From Flavitalea sp. (GTDB lineage Bacteria; Bacteroidota; Bacteroidia; Chitinophagales; Chitinophagaceae), in assembly GCA_035525775.1 (NCBI GenBank), contig DATLDR010000243.1:1587-65586 (forward strand): 64,000 nt of DNA, given 5' to 3'. The number at the start of each line of letters is the position of its first letter. Positions within the stretch are counted from its first letter, which is position 1. This document shows positions 56,022 to 64,000 of the stretch, one piece after another. The position numbers and the translations under genes were made by a program. The notes beneath the pieces were generated by a model that was not told where the DNA came from, did no database searches, and was given only the letters and a program-made list of their open reading frames with translations.

Positions 56022-58976
56022 ATGAGAAAAAAACTCTTTTCTTTTGCCTTATCAGGCATATTCATTTTGCTTTCTCTTTCTTTATTTGCACAAAACAAGC
56101 CTGTTTCCGGAACTGTTCTTGATAAGGATGGCAAGGCCGTTTCGGGTGCTTCGATTATCGTTAAAGGTTCATCACAGGGAACCAATACCAATGCAGAGGG
56201 TAAATTTAATTTATCAGTTCCTGCTTCGGCAGACAAGCTGGTGATTTCATTTGTAGGTTTATCTGAGCAGGAGGTGGCGATTAGTTCACAGCCTCTTACT
56301 ATAGTCATGCAGGACGCTGCCAGTAACGATTTGAATGAGGTTGTGGTGGTAGGGTATGGTACTGCAAGAAGGAGAGATCTAACAGGGTCTGTCGCAACCA
56401 TCAAAGAAAAGGACTTTAATAAAGGTGTTTTTACTTCACCTGATCAGCTTATTCAGGGTAAGGCGGCAGGTGTAATGGTATTAAATAATACTGGCCAGCC
56501 CGGGGGATCCACTACAGTAAGAATACGTGGGTCATCATCTATCAGATCAGGTAACCAGCCATTATTTGTAGTGGATGGCGTTCCTCTTTCTGGGGGTTCT
56601 GCAAGACCCGGCGGTTCCGGGGCTAACTTTGGCAATGATGCAGGTAATCCGCTGAACTTTATGAACCCGAATGATATCGCGAATATAGAAATATTAAAGG
56701 ATGCTTCGGCTACCGCCATTTATGGTTCGAGGGGTGCAAATGGTGTTGTGCTGATCACTACAAAACGTGGTCAGTCAGGAGTGCCGCAAGCTGACCTGAA
56801 TGCTTCTACAAGCGTTTCAAATGTTATGAAGAAACTGGAAGTTTTGAATGCCGATGAGTACCGGGCTGCTATTAAGGATTATGATCTTACTGGTGGTGAT
56901 TTTGGTGCAAGTGAAGACGCATGGGATGCTATTACAAGAACAGGTATCACTCAAAATTATAATGTTGCAGTAGGAGGTGGCCAGGAAGGGGGCAAATATC
57001 GTATCTCTGCGGGCTTTCTCGATCAAAAAGGTGTAATTGAGACTTCAGAAATCAAAAAGTATACAGCCAATATTACTACAACTTTCAGATTCCTTGAAAG
57101 CAAGAAATTAGGATTGGATATAAATGTACTTACTACTCAAACCGATGAAAACATTGCACCGATTTCTGCCTTTGTAGGATTCGAGGGTAACCTCATTTCA
57201 CAGGCATTGCAATGGAATCCAACACATAAATTAAGGCAACCGGATGGAACTGTTTGGATAGATCCTGCAGTAGGAAATACAACAATCAACCCGCTTGCAC
57301 AATTGCTGTACTTCAACGATAAGGCAAAAGTTAACACTATCATTGCCAGTATTTCACCTTCTTATAAAATAACTAATGAACTTGAATACAGATTTTTATA
57401 TAGTGCGAATCGGCAGACTGGTGTAAGAAGAGGACAGGTAAACAGGAATCTGAATGCACAGAGTATTGAGGGTAGAGGAGTGGCGTTTGTAGGAAACCAG
57501 GAACAAACTAACCAACAGCTGACAAATACTTTAAACTTTAATAAGCAGCTCACTTCTAAATTTAATCTGAATGCAGTCGTAGGCCATGAGTGGCTGATCT
57601 TCGATAGCAGAGGTAACTTTGGCATAGGCCAGGATTACACCAATGTAGGTTTGAACTATTATGATTACATGCAATATTCCACACAGAACTCAAGGGGCGT
57701 AAACTCATTTGCTTCTCCGAAAACTGAATTGCAGTCATATTTTGCACGTGCGATAATTAATTATAATGATAAGTATCTCATTACGGGAACGTACAGAGCA
57801 GATGGATCTACAAGATTTGGTGGTAATAATAAATATGGTTATTTCCCGTCACTAGGTTTTGCATGGAATGCCACTAACGAAGAATTTCTTTCTGGCAACA
57901 ACTTCATGAATAATCTTAAAGTTCGTGTAAGCTGGGGTAAAACAGGTAATCAGGAATTCCCATCAGGAGCATCTTTGAATAGGTTTGGATTTGGGCAACA
58001 GTCCATTTCACAATCTAACTACGGAAACGCTGATTTGAAATGGGAAACTTCTACAACAACAAATGCAGGTATAGATTTCGCCATACTGAATAACAAAATA
58101 TGGGGTTCTGTTGATTATTTCTACAAGAAAACAACGGATGTATTGTTCGAACAAAACATTGTTCAACCAGCGCCAGGTGGCAAGATATGGATAAACCTTC
58201 CGGGATATGTTTTAAACTCAGGCGTGGAACTTATGCTTGGTACCGGAATAATGAACAATGAGAATCTCCAGTGGAATTTCAATTTAAATGCTACGTTCCT
58301 TCACAACACTGTTGAAGGGCTGAGCGGCTTCTATGAAACCGGTGATTTGAGAGGACAGGGTTTTTCAGATGTAAGGGCGCAAAGACTGATCGCGGGCCAG
58401 CCTTTAAACGTTTGGTATCTGAGAAGGTTTGAAGGCATAGATAAAAGTACGGGTCAGAGTGTTTACACTGATGAAGGAAACACATTATTCTATTCAGGAA
58501 GCCCAAATCCAAAAATGCTCTTGGGGCTGTCAACGGACTTTACTTACAAGAAGTTTACGGCTATCATTAATATGAATGGAACATTCGGTCATTACTTGTT
58601 CAATAATACTGCAGCGTCAGTGCTTGGTATCGGTAACCTTGGAACAAGAAACGTAGCTAAAGACATCATAGGCTCAGATATTAAAGAAAGTATTTCAAAC
58701 GCCCCAGCTCCTTCCTCCCGTAATCTTGAAAAAGGGAACTATCTGAAACTTGCTAATGCCAGCTTATTTTATCGGTTAGGAAACATCGGCAATATTTTCA
58801 GAAATGCAAGCATTTCTCTAACTGGCCAGAACTTGTTTGTTATCACTAAATATACAGGATTCGATCCCGAAGTGAATACAGACGCAGGCTTTGGCGGAAT
58901 ACCTTCCTTAGGAGTGGAATATATTCCGTATCCCTCTGCCAGAACAATCCTCCTAGGCGTAAATTTCTCCTTATAA
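56022..58976 (+). CDS. SusC/RagA-family TonB-linked outer-membrane protein
   Basis: The ATG at 56022 gives the signal peptide MRKKLFSFALSGIFILLSLSLFAQ. A carboxypeptidase-regulatory-like domain (VSGTVLDKDGKAVSGASIIVKG), the plug (NEVVVVGYG, ILKDASATAIYGSRGANGVVLITTKRG) and a C-terminal beta-barrel ending in F-S-L follow. Confidence 0.95.
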   Translation: MRKKLFSFALSGIFILLSLSLFAQNKPVSGTVLDKDGKAVSGASIIVKGSSQGTNTNAEGKFNLSVPASADKLVISFVGLSEQEVAISSQPLTIVMQDAASNDLNEVVVVGYGTARRRDLTGSVATIKEKDFNKGVFTSPDQLIQGKAAGVMVLNNTGQPGGSTTVRIRGSSSIRSGNQPLFVVDGVPLSGGSARPGGSGANFGNDAGNPLNFMNPNDIANIEILKDASATAIYGSRGANGVVLITTKRGQSGVPQADLNASTSVSNVMKKLEVLNADEYRAAIKDYDLTGGDFGASEDAWDAITRTGITQNYNVAVGGGQEGGKYRISAGFLDQKGVIETSEIKKYTANITTTFRFLESKKLGLDINVLTTQTDENIAPISAFVGFEGNLISQALQWNPTHKLRQPDGTVWIDPAVGNTTINPLAQLLYFNDKAKVNTIIASISPSYKITNELEYRFLYSANRQTGVRRGQVNRNLNAQSIEGRGVAFVGNQEQTNQQLTNTLNFNKQLTSKFNLNAVVGHEWLIFDSRGNFGIGQDYTNVGLNYYDYMQYSTQNSRGVNSFASPKTELQSYFARAIINYNDKYLITGTYRADGSTRFGGNNKYGYFPSLGFAWNATNEEFLSGNNFMNNLKVRVSWGKTGNQEFPSGASLNRFGFGQQSISQSNYGNADLKWETSTTTNAGIDFAILNNKIWGSVDYFYKKTTDVLFEQNIVQPAPGGKIWINLPGYVLNSGVELMLGTGIMNNENLQWNFNLNATFLHNTVEGLSGFYETGDLRGQGFSDVRAQRLIAGQPLNVWYLRRFEGIDKSTGQSVYTDEGNTLFYSGSPNPKMLLGLSTDFTYKKFTAIINMNGTFGHYLFNNTAASVLGIGNLGTRNVAKDIIGSDIKESISNAPAPSSRNLEKGNYLKLANASLFYRLGNIGNIFRNASISLTGQNLFVITKYTGFDPEVNTDAGFGGIPSLGVEYIPYPSARTILLGVNFSL

Positions 58977-58993
58977 AAAACAATATATTGTTT

Positions 58994-60523
58994 ATGAAAG
59001 ATGTTAAAATATATTTTGTTCTGCTGTTCGTGACGGTGTTTTCGTCCTGCACTAAACTGGATGAATCTTTCCGAAGTGAACTCGAAGAAAACAATTCGGG
59101 AACAATCACCGCAGACCAGTTATTAATCAGTGCTTACAATTCACTCAACGGACCTTTCCAGACCGGGGATTTGTGGCACACGCAACAACATTCAAGTGAT
59201 GAAACTATGGCCCCAACACGAGGGCCAGACTGGGATGACAATGGACAATGGAGAGCCTTGCATGCACATACATGGAATGCTGACCAGGGACAAATCCGCG
59301 GCGCATTTAACGGCCTTTTAAGTGCTCAGTTTGCAGCATCGAATGTTCTTCAGTTCAACCCTTCCTCACAACAAGCTGCAGAAGCCAGATTCATAAGGGC
59401 ACTTTCAATGTATTCAGTGCTTGACGGGTACGATCAGGTTCCATTTAGGGAAGATCTTACTGATTATAAAAAGTTGCCTGTTACAAAAAAAGGAGTAGAG
59501 GCAGCAGATTTTATTATCACCGAACTAAATGCTATAATGAGCGATCTTCCTTCTACAGGGCAGGCTTTTATAGCAAACCAGGATGCAGCTAAAGCGCTGC
59601 TGATGAAACTGTATCTGAACAAGGGAGTTTATGCTAACAGGGCAAATCCTACATTTGATGCAGCAGACATGAATCAAGTTATTACCCTCGCAGATGAGAT
59701 TACTAATACGGGTAAATATTCTGTGACAGATAACGCTTACTTCGATCATTTCGCGCCAAATAATGATGTGCTTTCAAAAGAGAATATTTATACTTTATTC
59801 AACAATGAAAGCGACAACAAGGGAGGAAATGTACGTGGAGCCGCTTTCCAGGTATCACATTACAACATGAACCCCTCAGGATGGAACGGTTTTACTACTT
59901 TGTCTGATTTTTATAACAAATTTGAACCGGGAGATGAAAGATTAGGTAAGGATCAATATGATTATCCGGGTGCACTGCCAAATCCTGGTCACAGACAAAA
60001 TGTTGGTTTTCTTATTGGTCAGCAGTATAATCTTACTACAGACGAAGCCCTGCAAGATCGTAAAGGCAATCCATTAATTTTCACACCGGAAGTCAGCTTG
60101 AGGGAAACAGGCGATAATCTGGAAATTACGGGTATCCGTGTTATAAAGTATCCGTATGATTACGCAAGTGCGGGTGATCAGAAGAACAATGACTGGGTTG
60201 TTTTCAGATATTCTGATGTATTATTGATGAAAGCCGAAGCTCAGATGAGAACAGGCACCGGCGATCCACTGGCAATTGTAAACCAGATACGGGCACAAAG
60301 AGGCGCTTCTGCATTAGGGACACTTACAGATCAGTCACTGCTTGATGAAAGAGGACGTGAATTATATTGGGAAGGTTTCAGAAGGCAGGATCTTATCCGT
60401 TTCGGAAAGTACCTGGAACCATGGCAGGAAAAGCCTTCCGATGATCCTAAAAACCTTTTATTCCCAATTCCAAGCGATCAGCTGGCAGTAAATCCAAACC
60501 TCACTCAAAACCCTGGTTATTAG
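58994..60523 (+). CDS. RagB/SusD-family nutrient-binding outer-membrane lipoprotein
   Basis: Lipobox (VTVFSSC) and the SusD-like C-terminal pattern (..VFRYSDVLLMKAEA...ERGRELYWEGFRRQDLIRFGKY..PIP..). Confidence 0.92.
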   Translation: MKDVKIYFVLLFVTVFSSCTKLDESFRSELEENNSGTITADQLLISAYNSLNGPFQTGDLWHTQQHSSDETMAPTRGPDWDDNGQWRALHAHTWNADQGQIRGAFNGLLSAQFAASNVLQFNPSSQQAAEARFIRALSMYSVLDGYDQVPFREDLTDYKKLPVTKKGVEAADFIITELNAIMSDLPSTGQAFIANQDAAKALLMKLYLNKGVYANRANPTFDAADMNQVITLADEITNTGKYSVTDNAYFDHFAPNNDVLSKENIYTLFNNESDNKGGNVRGAAFQVSHYNMNPSGWNGFTTLSDFYNKFEPGDERLGKDQYDYPGALPNPGHRQNVGFLIGQQYNLTTDEALQDRKGNPLIFTPEVSLRETGDNLEITGIRVIKYPYDYASAGDQKNNDWVVFRYSDVLLMKAEAQMRTGTGDPLAIVNQIRAQRGASALGTLTDQSLLDERGRELYWEGFRRQDLIRFGKYLEPWQEKPSDDPKNLLFPIPSDQLAVNPNLTQNPGY

Positions 60524-60589
60524 GTGTCTCAAATAAATAATGGATGTCAGAATAATTCTTTAATTTATTATTTAATGCTGTTGTTATTA

Positions 60590-60615
60590 AAAAGGTCATT
60601 TTCCAATGACCTTTT
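60590..60615 (+). terminator. Strong intrinsic terminator between susD and the VCBS gene
   Basis: AAAAGGTCATT-TTCC-AATGACCTTTT, a perfect 11-bp stem including the A/T extension, with T-rich downstream sequence. Confidence 0.6.
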
Positions 60616-60630
60616 CTCATTTAAAGGCCC

Positions 60631-63600
60631 ATGAGAATGTTCGATTATAAAGTGTTTATACTGCTGTTGTTCGTTTGTTGTGCATGTGAGAATAAAGACA
60701 AGCACTTATTTAACCTGATGGAAAATACCGGGATCGATTTTACGAATACGGTTCGCAACAACAAACAATTCAACATATTTACTTACCGCAATTTTTATAA
60801 TGGCGGCGGTGTTGCAATAGGTGATATCAACAATGATGGATTACCCGATGTTTTTTTTACTGCTAATATGAGCTCTAATAAACTGTATCTGAATCAAGGT
60901 CAGTTTCAATTTGAAGATATTACTGAAAAGGCGGGTATACTCAATAAAGGTAAATGGGCTACAGGAATCGTTTTTGTAGATATCAACCATGACAACTGGC
61001 TGGATATTTACGTGTGTTTTGCAGGCTATCAAAAAGGAATTAGCAACGCAAACGAACTGTATATAAACAATAAAAATTCAACTTTTACTGAAGCTGCTGC
61101 CCAATATAATCTAAATGACTCCGGTTACACCACGCATGCGGCCTTTTTCGATTACGACCTTGATGGCGACCTTGATTGTTATCTTTTAAAGAATAGCTTT
61201 ATTCCCGTTAATACACTCAATTACGTGAATAAGCGGGAATTGAGAGCTGCAGACTGGCCGGTGGCTGATTTTCTGAAGGGAGGCGGCGATAAACTTTTGA
61301 GAAACGATGACGGGAAATACACAGATATAAGTGTGGAAGCTAACATTTACGGTAGCTTAATAGGCTTTGGACTGGGTGTTACCATTGGAGATATTAATGG
61401 CGATATGTACCCGGATATCTACATCAGCAATGATTTTTTTGAGAAAGATTATTTATATATAAATCAGAAAAATGGTTCTTTTAAAGAAGACCTGGAGAAC
61501 TGGATGCAGCATATCAGTCAATCTTCCATGGGGGCGGATATTGCTGACGTGAATAACGATGGATATCCGGATGTTTTTACTACCGACATGTTGCCTGATG
61601 ATGATTACCGTTTAAAAACAACCACATCCTTTGAAAATTATGATATTAATCAACTGAAATTACAAAATGGATTTTATCATCAGTTCATGCAAAATACTCT
61701 GCAGATAAATAGCAAAAATGGTAAATTTTATGAAACTGCTTTTTATAGTGGAGTTGCTGCATCAGATTGGAGCTGGGGTGGCCTTATTTTCGATGCTGAC
61801 AATGATGGCTTGTCTGATCTGTTTATATGTAATGGCATTTATAATGATGTAACAGATCAGGATTTCATTGATTTTTTTGCAAATGACGTTATCCAGAAAA
61901 TGGTACTTACTGGTGAAAAAAATGAAATGGATGATATTATCAACAAAATGCCGTCTCATCCTATTCCAAACAAAGCCTTCAGAAATATTGGTTCATTAAA
62001 ATTTAGTAATAATACTGAAGAATGGGGTTTGAATGAACCCTCATTTTCTAATGGAGCTGCATATGGCGACCTTGATAATGATGGCGATCTTGACCTTATT
62101 GTAAATAATGTCAATCAAAAAGCTTTTGTTTATGAAAACAACAGCCGACAGGTATCAGGTAATAACTACATTGGTTTTTTGCTAAAAGGAAATGCTTCTA
62201 ACACATTTGCAATAGGAAGTACTGTGAAAGTTTTTCAGGGAAGCCAGATAATAACCCGCGAAATAATTCCAACGCGTGGCTTTCAGTCTTCCGTTGATTA
62301 CAAAATAATAATAGGTCTTGGAAAAGGTTATGCTGATTCAATGACCATCATCTGGCCCAACCTTTCCGTTAACACTTATCTGAGGCCAGAAATCAACAAG
62401 GTACACGTAATTACACAAAATAAAACTGACCGGTATAAGTACGATTCAGTTAAAGCAAGTAAATCAACTAAAATTTTAAAATCGATTAATGCTGATTTTG
62501 AAAAGCATAAAGAGGATGTATATGTAGACTTTTATTATGAACGTGGAGTTCCGATGATGATTTCGAAGGAAGGCCCCAAAGCGGCTTACGGTGACGTGGA
62601 TAATAATGGGTTAACAGACGTATACATATGCGGCGCAGCAGGGCAGGCTGGGCAATTGTACATGCAAACATCTAATGGGTTTCACAAAAAGAAAGTTTTT
62701 GACTTCGAAAGAATGGCTGCGTATGAAGATGTTGATGCTTTGTTTTTTGATATGGATGGAGATAAAGACCTTGATCTTTTTGTAGGATCCGGAGGCAATA
62801 AATTTTTCCGAACGAGTCCTGAATTACAAAACCGGATATACAAGAATGATGGGAAGGGCAACTTCACAATCGATCCTAATCAATTGGAGAATATGGGAAT
62901 GAACACCTGTTGCTCGGTAGCTGAGGACTTTGATCAGGATGGAGACATTGATCTTTTCATTGGCAGCAGAAGTGTACCGCAGAATTATGGTGCAACACCC
63001 CGTAGTTCACTTTATTTAAATGATGGAACGGGAAAATTTACAGATATATCAAAAACCTTGAACGGGGGGATAGCAAAAATTGGAATGGTAACCGCGGCAA
63101 CAGCCGCGGATGTCAATGGCGATGGAAGGAAGGAATTGATCGTTGTAGGAGAATGGATGGCACCTAAAATATTCACTTTTACTAACGGAGGTTTTAAAGA
63201 AATACAAAGCAACCTAAACTCGTTGTACGGATGGTGGAGGTCTGTGAAATGTAGTGACGTGGATAAGGATGGTGATGAAGATTTAGTATTGGGAAATATA
63301 GGTGAGAACTTTTATTTGCATCCTAATAAAAACAACCCTGTAAAGATGTTTATAAACGATTTCGAGAGAAAGGGAATATCGGATAAGATCATAACGCGTA
63401 CCGTGGATGGGAAAGATAAACCTATTTTTCTAAAAAAAGATCTTCTCGATCAGCTTACCACTCTTCGCAAGCAGAACCTGAAATACTTTGAGTACGCTGA
63501 TAAGTCCGTGCAGGAATTGATCAAAGAAGATGATTTAAGAAAGTCTGCCGTTAAAATATTTGATTACAGTTCATCATGCATTGCTTTGAATGAAGGGGAT

Positions 63601-63951
63601 GGCAGGTTCACCATCAAGAAACTTCCTTTGAATGTGCAGTTGTCATCGGTTAATGCTATTCATGTTTGTGATTTAAATAATGATAATTTGCCGGACTTGA
63701 TACTTGGCGGAAATGAATTTAATTTTCTACCTCAGTTCTGCCGTTTAGATGCGAGCTATGGCCATGTTCTGATAAATAAGGGCAACGGTGAGTTTGAGTG
63801 GTTGCCTTCTGACCGGTCCGGATTGGAATTGAGAGGGCAGATACGTGATATAGTGGAACTTAAAGGTAGAAACAAAAGATACCTTCTTATACTTCAAAAC
63901 AATGAAGCTCCTGTATTGTATTCACTGGATGAACGCGTAACAGATGAATAA
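60631..63951 (+). CDS. FG-GAP/VCBS-repeat protein with ASPIC/UnbV domains (CRTAC1-like), lipoprotein
   Basis: 1106 aa with a lipobox (LLLFVCCAC). Many repeats of the form GD.N.DG..D....N are present, plus an UnbV_ASPIC-like segment (IGFLLKGNASNTFAIGSTVKVF.G....REI...RGFQSS). Confidence 0.85.
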   Translation: MRMFDYKVFILLLFVCCACENKDKHLFNLMENTGIDFTNTVRNNKQFNIFTYRNFYNGGGVAIGDINNDGLPDVFFTANMSSNKLYLNQGQFQFEDITEKAGILNKGKWATGIVFVDINHDNWLDIYVCFAGYQKGISNANELYINNKNSTFTEAAAQYNLNDSGYTTHAAFFDYDLDGDLDCYLLKNSFIPVNTLNYVNKRELRAADWPVADFLKGGGDKLLRNDDGKYTDISVEANIYGSLIGFGLGVTIGDINGDMYPDIYISNDFFEKDYLYINQKNGSFKEDLENWMQHISQSSMGADIADVNNDGYPDVFTTDMLPDDDYRLKTTTSFENYDINQLKLQNGFYHQFMQNTLQINSKNGKFYETAFYSGVAASDWSWGGLIFDADNDGLSDLFICNGIYNDVTDQDFIDFFANDVIQKMVLTGEKNEMDDIINKMPSHPIPNKAFRNIGSLKFSNNTEEWGLNEPSFSNGAAYGDLDNDGDLDLIVNNVNQKAFVYENNSRQVSGNNYIGFLLKGNASNTFAIGSTVKVFQGSQIITREIIPTRGFQSSVDYKIIIGLGKGYADSMTIIWPNLSVNTYLRPEINKVHVITQNKTDRYKYDSVKASKSTKILKSINADFEKHKEDVYVDFYYERGVPMMISKEGPKAAYGDVDNNGLTDVYICGAAGQAGQLYMQTSNGFHKKKVFDFERMAAYEDVDALFFDMDGDKDLDLFVGSGGNKFFRTSPELQNRIYKNDGKGNFTIDPNQLENMGMNTCCSVAEDFDQDGDIDLFIGSRSVPQNYGATPRSSLYLNDGTGKFTDISKTLNGGIAKIGMVTAATAADVNGDGRKELIVVGEWMAPKIFTFTNGGFKEIQSNLNSLYGWWRSVKCSDVDKDGDEDLVLGNIGENFYLHPNKNNPVKMFINDFERKGISDKIITRTVDGKDKPIFLKKDLLDQLTTLRKQNLKYFEYADKSVQELIKEDDLRKSAVKIFDYSSSCIALNEGDGRFTIKKLPLNVQLSSVNAIHVCDLNNDNLPDLILGGNEFNFLPQFCRLDASYGHVLINKGNGEFEWLPSDRSGLELRGQIRDIVELKGRNKRYLLILQNNEAPVLYSLDERVTDE

Positions 63952-64000
63952 ATCGAATTCAACTAATATACCGGGTAACATATTTTAGTGACCCACTTCG

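Noticed and set aside
1-64000. Search for CRISPR arrays, tRNA, rRNA or tmRNA genes, IS elements, integrases, prophage or defence islands
   Set aside because: By-eye scanning found no spaced direct-repeat arrays, no tRNA-like T-arm (GGTTCGAATCC-type) sequence in intergenic regions, and no transposase, recombinase or reverse-transcriptase ORFs. The only mobile-element-like gene is the isolated HNH/NUMOD4 ORF. Computational scans such as tRNAscan, Infernal or a CRISPR finder would be needed to exclude them formally.

Overview
This 64-kb window appears to come from a Bacteroidota chromosome, probably Chitinophagia or Sphingobacteriia-like. The taxon call rests on gliding-motility genes (gldH, gldE, gldD), a SusC/SusD pair, TAnnTTTG-type -7 promoter boxes and little Shine-Dalgarno signal. 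GC looks close to 40% by eye. The window is densely packed, with about 56 protein genes, and most are core housekeeping: lysS, sod, tadA, dusB, cdsA, psd, serC, holB, radA, comF, rng, HU, mutY, ssb, asd, ligA. Accessory-type modules are: (1) a Tat-exported GMC flavoenzyme with a small subunit and TIM-barrel proteins (1-3506); (2) a radical-SAM/SPASM, fatty-acid-hydroxylase, MarR and GH25 block (3516-6521); (3) a two-component system next to gldH; (4) a tetR-tolC-MFP-RND operon followed by an AIM24-family gene (28123-35814); (5) a Nudix-type regulator with SusC/SusD and a 1106-aa FG-GAP/VCBS-ASPIC protein (55130-63951); and (6) a free-standing NUMOD4/HNH gene between asd and ligA. I found no rRNA, tRNA, CRISPR array, transposase, integrase or recognisable defence island, and no clear-cut new multi-gene system. 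The most interesting signals not explained by the ORF track are these. First, a candidate Lys/Thr leader-peptide attenuator upstream of asd. Second, an unlisted 31-codon highly basic ORF (bS22/AURKAIP1-COX24-like) between a TPR gene and rng. Third, a 428-bp ORF-free spacer upstream of radA with an orphan minus-strand terminator, which may encode a small RNA. Fourth, operator-like palindromes in front of the tetR operon and susC. Many ORF-track starts are the longest possible ATG/TTG/GTG extension. I moved starts inward where an internal ATG gives a proper signal peptide or removes an overlap with a neighbouring gene.
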